In this document: one piece after another, positions 26,262-34,169 of the stretch | Position numbering within the stretch: the stretch's first letter is position 1 | Layout of the letters: the number at the start of each line of letters is the position of its first letter | Notes under the pieces: generated by a model | Seen by the model: only the letters and a program-made list of their open reading frames with translations | The model's database searches: none | What the model was told of the DNA's origin: nothing | Made by a program: the position numbers and the translations under genes | Assembly: GCA_035497635.1 (NCBI GenBank) | Contig: DATJDB010000180.1 | Coordinates: 1-49,708 of the forward strand | Direction of reading: 5' to 3' | DNA: 49,708 bases | Source of the DNA: Pseudomonas sp. | GTDB taxonomy: Bacteria; Pseudomonadota; Gammaproteobacteria; Pseudomonadales; Pseudomonadaceae

Positions 26262-27993
26262 GGGCATTCTCCAGGGTGGCCAGCAGGCTGCAGGGCGGCA
26301 GGGTCAGCGGCCGGGATGCCTCGACGTCGCCGACACGCAGGCCATACAGCGGCCGGGCGCCGGCAGGCAGGGCGGTGGCCGAGGCGGCGCGTTCGCCGAG
26401 GTTGAAATCGATACGCAACCGGCTGCCGTCACCCAGACGCCAGGCAGCCGTCAGCGCGCTGTCCTGCAGTATCCGTATATCTTCCGCGTGACTGCTGCGC
26501 AGGCGCGGAACCAGGTGGCGGTGACGGATCTGCAGCAATTGTCGGTAGAGGTCCGGCCATTGCCCGGTGGCTTCCTGTGGCCGCGAGCGCTCGAAGGTCT
26601 CGCGCGCATTCGGGTCGGGCACCTGGACGCCGGCGAAGGCGCTGAAAGCGGCGAATTCCCGCTGGCGACCCACGCGGACCGCGCGCCCCAGTTCGTCGTG
26701 GTAATCGGTGAAGAACAGGAAAGGCTCGGCACAGCCGCGTTCCTCGCCCATGAACAGCAGCGGAATCATCGGGCAGAGCAGCTGCAGCGCCACCGCGACC
26801 TCCAGCGCCTGCGGCGCGCACAGGCTCACCAGCCGTTCGCCCAGGGCCCGGTTGCCGACCTGGTCATGGTTCTGCAGGAACAGCACGAACGCGGTCGGCG
26901 ACAGATGCCCGCTGGGCTGGCCGCGCAGGTGTCCACGGCGGTCGGCTTGACCCTGGAACACGAAGCCTTCGGCCAGACAGTGGGCGAGTTTTTCCGTGCA
27001 GCCGTCGCAGAAGTCGGCGTAGTAGCCTTCGCGTTCGCGGGTCAGCAAGGCATGCAGCACGTTGTGCGCATCGTCGTTCCATTGCGCGGTGTAGCCCTTT
27101 TCCAGCAGGTCGACGTTGTTCCCCTCGTTTTCGACCACCAGATGCACCTGCCGCCCGGGCGGAACCGTATCGCGGACGCGCCGGGCCAGATCGATAAGAA
27201 AGTCCTGGTCGGGAATGGCATGCACGGCGTCCAGGCGCAGGCCGTCGATCCGGTAGTCCATCAGCCACATCAGCGCGTTCTCGATGAAGAAGTCGCGCAC
27301 CTGCGGACGGCGAAAGTCGATGGCGGCGCCCCAGGGGGTGTGCTGGTCCTCACGGAAGAAGGCACTGGCGTACTGGTGCAGGTAGTTGCCCTCGGGGCCG
27401 AAGTGGTTGTAGACCACGTCGACGAAGACCATCAGCCCCAGGCCGTGAGCCTGGTCGACCAGTCGTTGCAGGTCTTCGGGCGAGCCGTAGCTGGCTTCGG
27501 GGGCGAAGGGCAATACGCCGTCATAGCCCCAGTTGCGCGCACCGGGGAACTCGCCCAGCGGCATCAGTTCGATGGCGGTGATGCCCATCTCGGCCAGCGC
27601 CGGCAGGTGGGCCGCGACGCCAGCGAAGCCGCCCAGCAGACCGACATGCAGTTCGCAGAACACCGCCTCGTGCCAGGGTCGCCCCGGCCAGTCGGCGGTT
27701 TGCCAGACATAGGCGGTCGGGTCGACTACCCGGCTGGGGCCATCCACATCATCCAGTTGGCTGCGGGATGCCGGGTCGGGCACCCACAGACGTTCGTCGA
27801 TCCAGTAGCGATAACTCGTGCCGGCCGGGCAGGCGAGCCGGGCGGTGAACCAGCCCTGCGATTCGCGGCGCAGGGCGTGGCGGCTGCCATCACCGAGCGC
27901 CACCTGTACCTGGGTGGCATCCGGTGCCCACAGGGAGAAACGCGCCGATCCGTCCTGCAGCAGGCGCACCCCGTGGTGCCTGGCGTGCCACAT
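26254..27993 (-). CDS. treZ: Malto-oligosyltrehalose trehalohydrolase
   Basis: F.LWAP, PDPASR, RNWGYDGV, DVVYNHFGPEGNYL, DGLRLDAVH, AQWNDD.H, QNHDQVGNRA.GER, LFMGEE. Confidence 0.96.
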   Translation of the reverse strand: MWHARHHGVRLLQDGSARFSLWAPDATQVQVALGDGSRHALRRESQGWFTARLACPAGTSYRYWIDERLWVPDPASRSQLDDVDGPSRVVDPTAYVWQTADWPGRPWHEAVFCELHVGLLGGFAGVAAHLPALAEMGITAIELMPLGEFPGARNWGYDGVLPFAPEASYGSPEDLQRLVDQAHGLGLMVFVDVVYNHFGPEGNYLHQYASAFFREDQHTPWGAAIDFRRPQVRDFFIENALMWLMDYRIDGLRLDAVHAIPDQDFLIDLARRVRDTVPPGRQVHLVVENEGNNVDLLEKGYTAQWNDDAHNVLHALLTREREGYYADFCDGCTEKLAHCLAEGFVFQGQADRRGHLRGQPSGHLSPTAFVLFLQNHDQVGNRALGERLVSLCAPQALEVAVALQLLCPMIPLLFMGEERGCAEPFLFFTDYHDELGRAVRVGRQREFAAFSAFAGVQVPDPNARETFERSRPQEATGQWPDLYRQLLQIRHRHLVPRLRSSHAEDIRILQDSALTAAWRLGDGSRLRIDFNLGERAASATALPAGARPLYGLRVGDVEASRPLTLPPCSLLATLENAHE

Positions 27994-27996
27994 GAT

Positions 27997-29523
27997 TCAG
28001 ATCCACGCCTCGACCGGTTCCGGCAGCAAGCTGCGATAGAGATGGTCGTAGGGCCTGACCGACTCGGACCAGAACAGCGGCGCCGCCATGGCTTGGGTAC
28101 GCATGGCGCCAAGCAGCTGGGAATGGCCATACACCTGCAGCGCGCGATGGATCGCGCTCAGATAGCTGTCCGCGCTCTGCTCGGGAAACAGGAAGCCGTT
28201 CACGCCATCCTCAATGGTGTCGACCAGCCCGCCGGTGCGCCGGGCAATCGGCAGTGTGCCGTAGCGCTGCGCATACATCTGGCTGAGGCCGCAGGGCTCG
28301 TAGCGCGAGGGCATGAGCAGGAAATCGCTGCCGGCGAACATGCGCCGCGCATCGCCTTCGTTGAAGCCGATGTGTACGCCGATGCGCCCCGGATGGCGCC
28401 GCTCCAGTGCCAGCAAGGCCTGCTCCAGCGCCTCCTCGCCGCGGCCCAGCACCACCAGACGGCCACCGGCCGCTACCAGCGCATCGGCGATTTCCAGGGT
28501 CAGGTCGATGCCTTTCTGGTTCACCAGGCGGGACACCACGGCGAACAGCGGGCCGTCGGGTTCGATTCCGTACAGCGTCTCCACATAGCGGGTGTTCTCG
28601 ACGCGAGCCTGCCAGTCGCTGGGCGTGAAGGGGCGCACCAGCAAGGGATCGCCGTGGGGCTGCCAGCTGGCGTCGATGCCGTTGGTGATGCCGGTCAGCC
28701 GGCCGAGGCTTTCGCGCTCGCGCAGGACGCCCTCCAGGCCGCAGCCGAATTCCGGTGTAGTGATTTCCTGGGCGTAGTTGTGGCTGACCGTGGTGATGTG
28801 GCTGGCGTAGATCAGGCCGGCCTTGAGCGCGCACAGGCGGCCGTAATACTCCATGCCGTCCGCGCGGGCGACCGTGTCGGGCAGCCCCAGCTCCTTGTAG
28901 CAGGCCAGCTCGCACAAGCCCTGGTAGGCCAGGTTGTGCACGGTGAACACGCAGGGGGTGCGCAGCCCCTGCCAGTGCATATAGGCCGGCGCCAGCGCGG
29001 TTTGCCAGTCGTTGGCATGCACCAGTTCGGGAACCCAGCTCAAGCCGCCCGCCGCGATCTGTGCGGCAGCCAGGCCCAGGCGGGCGAAGCGGATATGGTT
29101 GTCGTCCCAGTCACGGCCCCGGTCGTCGCCATAGGGCGTGCCTTCGCGCTCGTAGAGCTCGGGGCAGATGACCGCATAGAGCGTCAGCCCATCGGGCAGA
29201 TCGATACGCCCGATGCGGCAGGGCGGCAAGGCGGCATGCCCGGGCAGGGTGGCGATCACGCGCACCGCGTGGCCGCTGTTGAGCACCTGGGGGTAGCCAG
29301 GCATCAGCACGCGAATATCGTGCAGGGCATGTAGCGCGCGGGGCAGGGCGGCGGAAACGTCACCCAGACCGCCGACCTTGATCAGGTCGGCGAATTCAGG
29401 AGTGACGAATAGAATGCGTTTGGTGTTGTTCTGAAGACTTTCGACGCTGAGTCGTGGGCGATCCGCCGTGGTGCCCGGTAGTTTCGACTCGGCTAGGTGA
29501 GCGGATGCCGCTGCGTTCCCCAT
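27997..29523 (-). CDS. glgA: Glycogen/alpha-glucan synthase (GT5)
   Basis: KVGGLGDV..ALP, HANDWQ, FTVHNLAYQG, SRL..QKG.DL, MPSRYEPCGLSQMYA, TGGL.DT. Start MGNAA at 29523 after GGAGG. Confidence 0.96.
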   Translation of the reverse strand: MGNAAASAHLAESKLPGTTADRPRLSVESLQNNTKRILFVTPEFADLIKVGGLGDVSAALPRALHALHDIRVLMPGYPQVLNSGHAVRVIATLPGHAALPPCRIGRIDLPDGLTLYAVICPELYEREGTPYGDDRGRDWDDNHIRFARLGLAAAQIAAGGLSWVPELVHANDWQTALAPAYMHWQGLRTPCVFTVHNLAYQGLCELACYKELGLPDTVARADGMEYYGRLCALKAGLIYASHITTVSHNYAQEITTPEFGCGLEGVLRERESLGRLTGITNGIDASWQPHGDPLLVRPFTPSDWQARVENTRYVETLYGIEPDGPLFAVVSRLVNQKGIDLTLEIADALVAAGGRLVVLGRGEEALEQALLALERRHPGRIGVHIGFNEGDARRMFAGSDFLLMPSRYEPCGLSQMYAQRYGTLPIARRTGGLVDTIEDGVNGFLFPEQSADSYLSAIHRALQVYGHSQLLGAMRTQAMAAPLFWSESVRPYDHLYRSLLPEPVEAWI

Positions 29524-29615
29524 CGTTTTTCCTCCCGGTGTCTGGCCAAGGCGCACGCAAGCCACGCGGCAAGTGCGCAAAAAGAACTGTAGTTCTCTGG
29601 ATCCCCATCCATAGG

Positions 29616-29705
29616 GCTGACCGACCGGTCGCAGGTAAGTTTCGCCGGTCCTCCTGGCGGTTCCCGGCGCGCCGAAGTGAACCGGCGCGGACTGCCGGCA
29701 TCCCA
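29616..29705. promoter_or_regulatory. Divergent candidate AlgU-type promoters for the glgA operon and the cinA-like gene
   Basis: Minus: AAACTT(29642-37)-16 bp-TCAGC(29620-16). Plus: GAACCG(29679-84)-16 bp-TCCCA(29701-05). Confidence 0.4.
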
Positions 29706-29733
29706 TGCAACAGGCATGACACCGGAGGCCGCC

Positions 29734-30222
29734 ATGCAAACCCTCGAGGATGTGGTGGAATTTCTGATTCGCCATCAGCTCATGCTGACCACCGCCGAGT
29801 CCTGTACCGCCGGGCTGATGACCGGGCTACTGGCCGACGTCGCGGGCTGCGGCAAGGTGCTGGAAAGCGGCTACGTGACGTATACGGTCGGCGCCAAGCA
29901 CGCCGTGCTGGGTGTCAGCCTGCAGACCGTGCAGAACCATGGTCTGACCAGCGAGGACGTCGCGCGGGAAATGGCGGTCGGCGCCTTGCGCGCCAGTGCC
30001 GCGACCATCGCGCTGGCCAATACCGGCCTGGCGGATGCCGATGGCGATATGGATGGCGTGGTCTGTTTTGCCTGTGCCATGGGCATCGAAGGCAACGCCA
30101 GGGTGGTCAGCGAAACCGTGAAGTTCGACGGCGAGCGCAACGCGGTGCGCCAGGCGGCCGCGCGCCATGGCTTGCTGCATCTGCCGGACTATTATCAGCG
30201 CCTGAGCAAGGCGGGCACCTGA
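29734..30222 (+). CDS. CinA C-terminal / PncC-like (NMN deamidase fold) protein
   Basis: LTTAESCTAG, YVTY...AK...LGV, S..VAREMA.GAL, F.GERN.VR. GGAGG RBS before ATG 29734. Confidence 0.88.
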   Translation: MQTLEDVVEFLIRHQLMLTTAESCTAGLMTGLLADVAGCGKVLESGYVTYTVGAKHAVLGVSLQTVQNHGLTSEDVAREMAVGALRASAATIALANTGLADADGDMDGVVCFACAMGIEGNARVVSETVKFDGERNAVRQAAARHGLLHLPDYYQRLSKAGT

Positions 30223-30229
30223 AACGGCC

Positions 30230-31522
30230 TCAGCGCTTGATCTTCAGCCCCTTCACCGAGTGAGCCCGCTGTTCGTCAAGGGTGTTGTAGTAGACGTTCT
30301 GCGTGGTGCTGAGGCTGTTGTGGCGCAGGTCGGCCTGCAGGTCCTTCATGTCCCGGTGGGGCGCGTCGAAGGTGGCGGCCGTGTGGCGCAGCCAGTGCAG
30401 CGAGGCCGAGCGCAACTGATCGATCTCATCCTCGCTCCAGCCTTCCTCGGCCATGCGCGCCAGGGCGCGGTCGAATACCGCCTGCAGCAGCAGCCGGACA
30501 TGGCGGTCGGAGAGGCCGGCACGGCCCTTGAGGGTGCCGATCAGGGGCGTGTTCTCGTGGGCCGAGGGCAGCGGCGACAGCTGCAGGTGGCGCCGGTAGC
30601 GCACCAGGTAGGTGTGGATGTAGTCGTCGCGCACGCTGATCCTCGCTGCCTTGTTGCCCTTGCCGACCACGTGAAACCACCAGTTGTCGCGGCTGTCGCG
30701 GCGAAAATCGCCCATGCTCGGCGACCAGCCGTCCCTGCCGACCAGATCGGACACGCGCAGGTACATGGAGAACAGCGTGGCGACGAGGAACAGGGTGCGC
30801 TCGTGCTCCGGATCCTGCGCGGCCAGCTGCTCGGCGGTTTCGATCACGTAGCTCCACTGCAGCGGGGTGAGCGAGCGGGAGGCGACATCCAGGGTGTTGC
30901 GCTGCTTGTAGACGGACTTCTGTTTCACCGCGCGGAACGGATTCACCTCGGTGAGGCCTTCGTCGATGGCGTGCTGGAAGAAGCTTCCGCACACGGCGAA
31001 CACCTGTGCCACCGAGCCTTGCGCCATGCGATAGGGTCGCGGGGGCAGGGGTGTCAGCGACTCCTCGGCGATCTTGCGCTCGCGCTTGGCGATGTTCAGG
31101 CTGAAAGGCCGCCAGTGCGCGTTGAGAGTCCAGGTGTCGCTGTCCAGCGGCTTCCTGCCGCCGACCCGCAGGAAGCGCGACTTGACCACCGGGCCGATCC
31201 AGTCGGCGGGCGGGTTGAGGCAAAACTCCATGAACGCCTCGGCATCCCGGCGACGCAATTCCAGCAGGGGTTTGTGCGCCACCAGCAGCGACCAGAGCAG
31301 CAGCCGCTCGACATGGGTCCGATAGGAATTGAACGTTGCCTCGTTGCCGGCGTAGGACTTCAGGAACCCCCTGGCCGCGCAGTAGCCTTCGACAGCCTGA
31401 CGTTCTGCGGGAAAGCCCAGCAGGAAATCCCGCACCAGCGGCAGCTCGCCGCTCAGTTGCAGGAAGTTGAGTTCATGAAAACGGGCGAATGTTTCGAACA
31501 GCGGTTGGGGGGATTGCGGCAC
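30230..31522 (-). CDS. Tyrosine recombinase/integrase (about 430 aa, not XerC/XerD)
   Basis: N-terminal TFNSYR.HVERLLLW; catalytic set YLRVSD (R), VGKGNK (K), HWLRH (HxxR), LRHNS (H), NVYY (Y). GTG 31522 after AGGAA; the ORF track starts at 31711. Confidence 0.93.
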   Translation of the reverse strand: MPQSPQPLFETFARFHELNFLQLSGELPLVRDFLLGFPAERQAVEGYCAARGFLKSYAGNEATFNSYRTHVERLLLWSLLVAHKPLLELRRRDAEAFMEFCLNPPADWIGPVVKSRFLRVGGRKPLDSDTWTLNAHWRPFSLNIAKRERKIAEESLTPLPPRPYRMAQGSVAQVFAVCGSFFQHAIDEGLTEVNPFRAVKQKSVYKQRNTLDVASRSLTPLQWSYVIETAEQLAAQDPEHERTLFLVATLFSMYLRVSDLVGRDGWSPSMGDFRRDSRDNWWFHVVGKGNKAARISVRDDYIHTYLVRYRRHLQLSPLPSAHENTPLIGTLKGRAGLSDRHVRLLLQAVFDRALARMAEEGWSEDEIDQLRSASLHWLRHTAATFDAPHRDMKDLQADLRHNSLSTTQNVYYNTLDEQRAHSVKGLKIKR

Positions 31523-31574
31523 AGTGAAGCTTTCCTGGAAACCATGGGTATGCGGAGCGCCGGCGCAGTATAGG

Positions 31575-31606
31575 CAATATCCGGGTCTGGCCGTTATCGG
31601 ATATTG
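31575..31606. promoter_or_regulatory. Palindromic site with tyrosine-recombinase core-site geometry, overlapping the recombinase promoter
   Basis: CAATATCCG-N14-CGGATATTG; parses as 11-6-11 ATATCCGGGTC/TGGCCG/TTATCGGATAT. Adjacent to a minus-strand TATACT -10 (31572-67). Confidence 0.6.
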
Positions 31607-31724
31607 AATAGGGATCTTGGGCTGCCCCGAGCAGGTGAAGGCTCTCGGCTTCCAGGGGTTGGTACGAATAGATCGCCCGCACTGGATTGTTCCACAGTTA
31701 ATGCAACGCAAAAGCTTACAATCA

Positions 31725-31737
31725 TAACCTGTTGAAT
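31725..31737 (-). promoter_or_regulatory. IHF-like binding site
   Basis: Minus strand ATTCAACAGGTTA, one mismatch to WATCAANNNNTTR, in an AT-rich patch. Confidence 0.4.
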
Positions 31738-32226
31738 TTTCTAGAGGACCTGTACTTCAGGTAATGCATCAAGACGCGTGCGGCCGGGCTTATTGAGGCA
31801 CGCAATGGCAACACAAATGAAACGGGTGACAGGCTGAGCCGTGTTCAAATGTGCTGGCTTTGGAGGCCGGCTTTTGGGATCACTATCGGGTTTAGTGGCT
31901 GTTCCGCAGGCTGAAAGAAGCCAGTAAGGCACCAGCCGTTTTCCCAACGCAGAAGCTCGGTGCGCTGCGCGGGTGGGCAGAAGATAACGTCGTTCACTTG
32001 GCAGGTTACTGGAAGCGGATCGCCGTTTCGCCGCAGGCACTCAGCGACGATGATTGCACTGCGGAAGCAGCCATACGGCTACAGCGATGGCAGCAACCTG
32101 CGCAAGGCATGCTCATATCGCCCTGGAGGATGTAGCGATACCGGATCCGTCTTGCTGGAGCAAAACAACCACAACCCAGGTACCGCCAAGAGCCCACCCG
32201 GACACCCTCAGCGTCTCCATACGCAA

Positions 32227-32254
32227 ATCACCCATAATGCACGTTATGTTAAAT
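32227..32254 (+). other. dif: dif-like XerCD recombination site (probable chromosome dimer resolution site)
   Basis: ATCACCCATAA-TGCACG-TTATGTTAAAT. Perfect XerD arm, conserved inner CATAA of the XerC arm, 6-bp spacer. Intergenic, and KOPS motifs converge on this interval. Confidence 0.8.
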
Positions 32255-32461
32255 AAAGGATTACGAGAGGCCGCTGCTTGACCCCTCCGTCTGTCGTCAC
32301 CCTCGAAACGAAGCCGTAGCGCTACGGTCAGGAATTGCGTTGCCTGTTTCGCAGTCCAGCGGCAAATGCTCGTTTTCGAGGGATCCGATGACAAACCCGG
32401 GTGGCAGCCTTGCCGTCCCGGCGTGAGCGCGGATGCCATACTCCAGCAAGGATACGCTCCA

Positions 32462-33613
32462 ATGAACCGGCTTCCGCTCGCACTCCTGATCACATCGGCG
32501 CTACTCGCGCTGCCTGCCTGGGCGCTGGATCCCCAGGCTGTGGATATCCAGGGATTGAAGTTCTACCCCTCGCTGGCGGTCGGCGAACGCTACGACGACA
32601 ACTACCGCGAACTCCCCGACGACGCGCCAACCTCGCGAATCACCACCGTGGAACCGCGCCTGCGCCTGGTCGCCGAAGACCGCAACAGCGCCTATCGCCT
32701 CAGCTACTCCGGCAGCCAGAAGACCTATCACGACGATGACGACGCCAGTCACCTGGATCATCGCCTGCGGCTGGAAAGCATTCTCGAATTCACCGCCCGC
32801 CATCGCCTGAACTTGGAAGCCGCCTACAACCGCCTGGAGCAAACCGCCTCCACCGCCGTGCCCGGCGAAAACGACGAATACAGCCTGCGCACCTTCGGCA
32901 GCACCTACCGATTCGGCGCCGAGACGGCGCGCAATAACCTCGAACTGGCCGCCAGGCACGAGCGCCTGCGCTTCCACGACGACAGCCTGGCCAACGCCAG
33001 CGAGGAACGCGATGCCAACCGCGTGGGCCTCACCTGGTTCCACCGCATCGGTGGCACCCGCGCACTGCTGGAAACCCGCTACGAGGAATTCGACTACGTG
33101 CGCCCCGACAGCCCGCTGAACAGTCACAACCTGGCGCTGCTTACCGGCGCCGTGTGGGAAGCCAGCGCCCGGACCAGTGGCCGTATCCGCGCCGGCTACC
33201 AGCGCAAGGAATATGACGACGACAGCCGCGACGGCCTGGAAAGCCCCATGTGGGAAGTCGGCCTGGACTGGAAGCCGCGCACCTACTCCACCTTCAGCCT
33301 GACGACCCGCCAGGCCTACGACGAAGGCGATGACGGCGCGGATGCGATCAAACACACCCGTTCCCGGCTCGATTGGCGTCACGAATGGAGCAGCCGAATC
33401 AGTTCAACCGTCACGCTGGGCGCGGCGCGTCTGCGCTACCAGGGTCTGGAGCGTGAGGACGACCTGAGCAGCGCCGGCCTGACGCTGACCTATCAGCCGC
33501 GCCGCTGGCTGGAGCTGGCCCTGGGCTACAGCCACTGGGACAACGATTCCACCGAAGACCGCGAACGCTTCAAACGCAACCTGTACTCCCTCACGGCCAC
33601 CGGCAGCCTGTAA
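32462..33613 (+). CDS. Outer-membrane beta-barrel protein of a polysaccharide export system (VpsM/EpsX-like)
   Basis: Signal peptide, YDDN, alternating amphipathic beta strands rich in Y/W/R, W.P..YST, C-terminal RNLYSLTATGSL. First gene of the EPS operon. Confidence 0.8.
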   Translation: MNRLPLALLITSALLALPAWALDPQAVDIQGLKFYPSLAVGERYDDNYRELPDDAPTSRITTVEPRLRLVAEDRNSAYRLSYSGSQKTYHDDDDASHLDHRLRLESILEFTARHRLNLEAAYNRLEQTASTAVPGENDEYSLRTFGSTYRFGAETARNNLELAARHERLRFHDDSLANASEERDANRVGLTWFHRIGGTRALLETRYEEFDYVRPDSPLNSHNLALLTGAVWEASARTSGRIRAGYQRKEYDDDSRDGLESPMWEVGLDWKPRTYSTFSLTTRQAYDEGDDGADAIKHTRSRLDWRHEWSSRISSTVTLGAARLRYQGLEREDDLSSAGLTLTYQPRRWLELALGYSHWDNDSTEDRERFKRNLYSLTATGSL

Positions 33614-33632
33614 ACGTATGGAGCCCACATCC

Positions 33633-34169
33633 ATGTCGAGAGCCCTGTTACTGCTTCTGTTCACCGTACTGTTCGCACCCGTGGGCATTGGCCAGGTTGA
33701 GCAAGGCAGCAATTACCGGCTGGCCTCGGGCGACATCATCCGCATCAGCGTGTTCGGCGAGCCGGACCTCAGCTTCGAGGAAATCCGCCTCAACGACGCG
33801 GGCACGTTTTCCTACCCCTTCCTCGGCGATGTGCATGCCGGTGGTCGCACCGCCGGACAGATCGAGCAGCAACTGAGCGAGCGCCTGCGCGACGGCTATC
33901 TGGTCAATCCGCGGGTCAGCGTCAGCGTGGCCGCCTACCGGGAGTTTTATATCAGCGGCGAAGTCCAGAAGCCCGGCGGCTACCCCTACCAGCCGGGCCT
34001 GACCCTGAACCGGGCCATCGCCCTGGCCGGCGGGCTCACCGAACGCGCCTCGCTCAAGCGCGTCACCATCGTGCGCGGCGATGGTGATCGCCGCGCACGC
34101 GAGCGCCCTGCCCTGGACACCCCGATTCTGCCCGGCGACACCATCACCATCGCTCAGGGGTTCTTCTGA
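33633..34169 (+). CDS. Short polysaccharide export (OPX/Wza-family) periplasmic protein, VpsN-like
   Basis: YRLASGDIIRISVFGEPDLS, G..SYPFLG (PES motif), YL.NPRV.V, one SLBB domain (ISGEVQKPG.YPY..GLT...AIALAGG.TERA). Ends PGDTITIAQGFF; no lipobox Cys. Confidence 0.9.
   Translation: MSRALLLLLFTVLFAPVGIGQVEQGSNYRLASGDIIRISVFGEPDLSFEEIRLNDAGTFSYPFLGDVHAGGRTAGQIEQQLSERLRDGYLVNPRVSVSVAAYREFYISGEVQKPGGYPYQPGLTLNRAIALAGGLTERASLKRVTIVRGDGDRRARERPALDTPILPGDTITIAQGFF

Noticed and set aside
26191-29334. Very long antisense ORFs (1047 aa here; also 5571-7751, 10908-13160, 16362-18515, 18927-21383, 46976-49483)
   Set aside because: Shadow frames opposite well-supported genes in high-GC DNA; no recognisable motifs.
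30230-31522. Prophage or ICE/integron interpretation of the integrase
   Set aside because: No tRNA target, att direct repeats, excisionase, phage or conjugation genes, or attC-like cassettes are visible.
31688-31695. TGTTCCAC resembling a parS half-site or DnaA box
   Set aside because: Only half of parS and two mismatches to the DnaA box; expected by chance.
31741-32493. Short ORFs in the recombinase-EPS intergenic region, including an open frame at about 31896-32134
   Set aside because: No good start or RBS, atypical composition and no family motif; several overlap dif. Degraded foreign remnants cannot be excluded.
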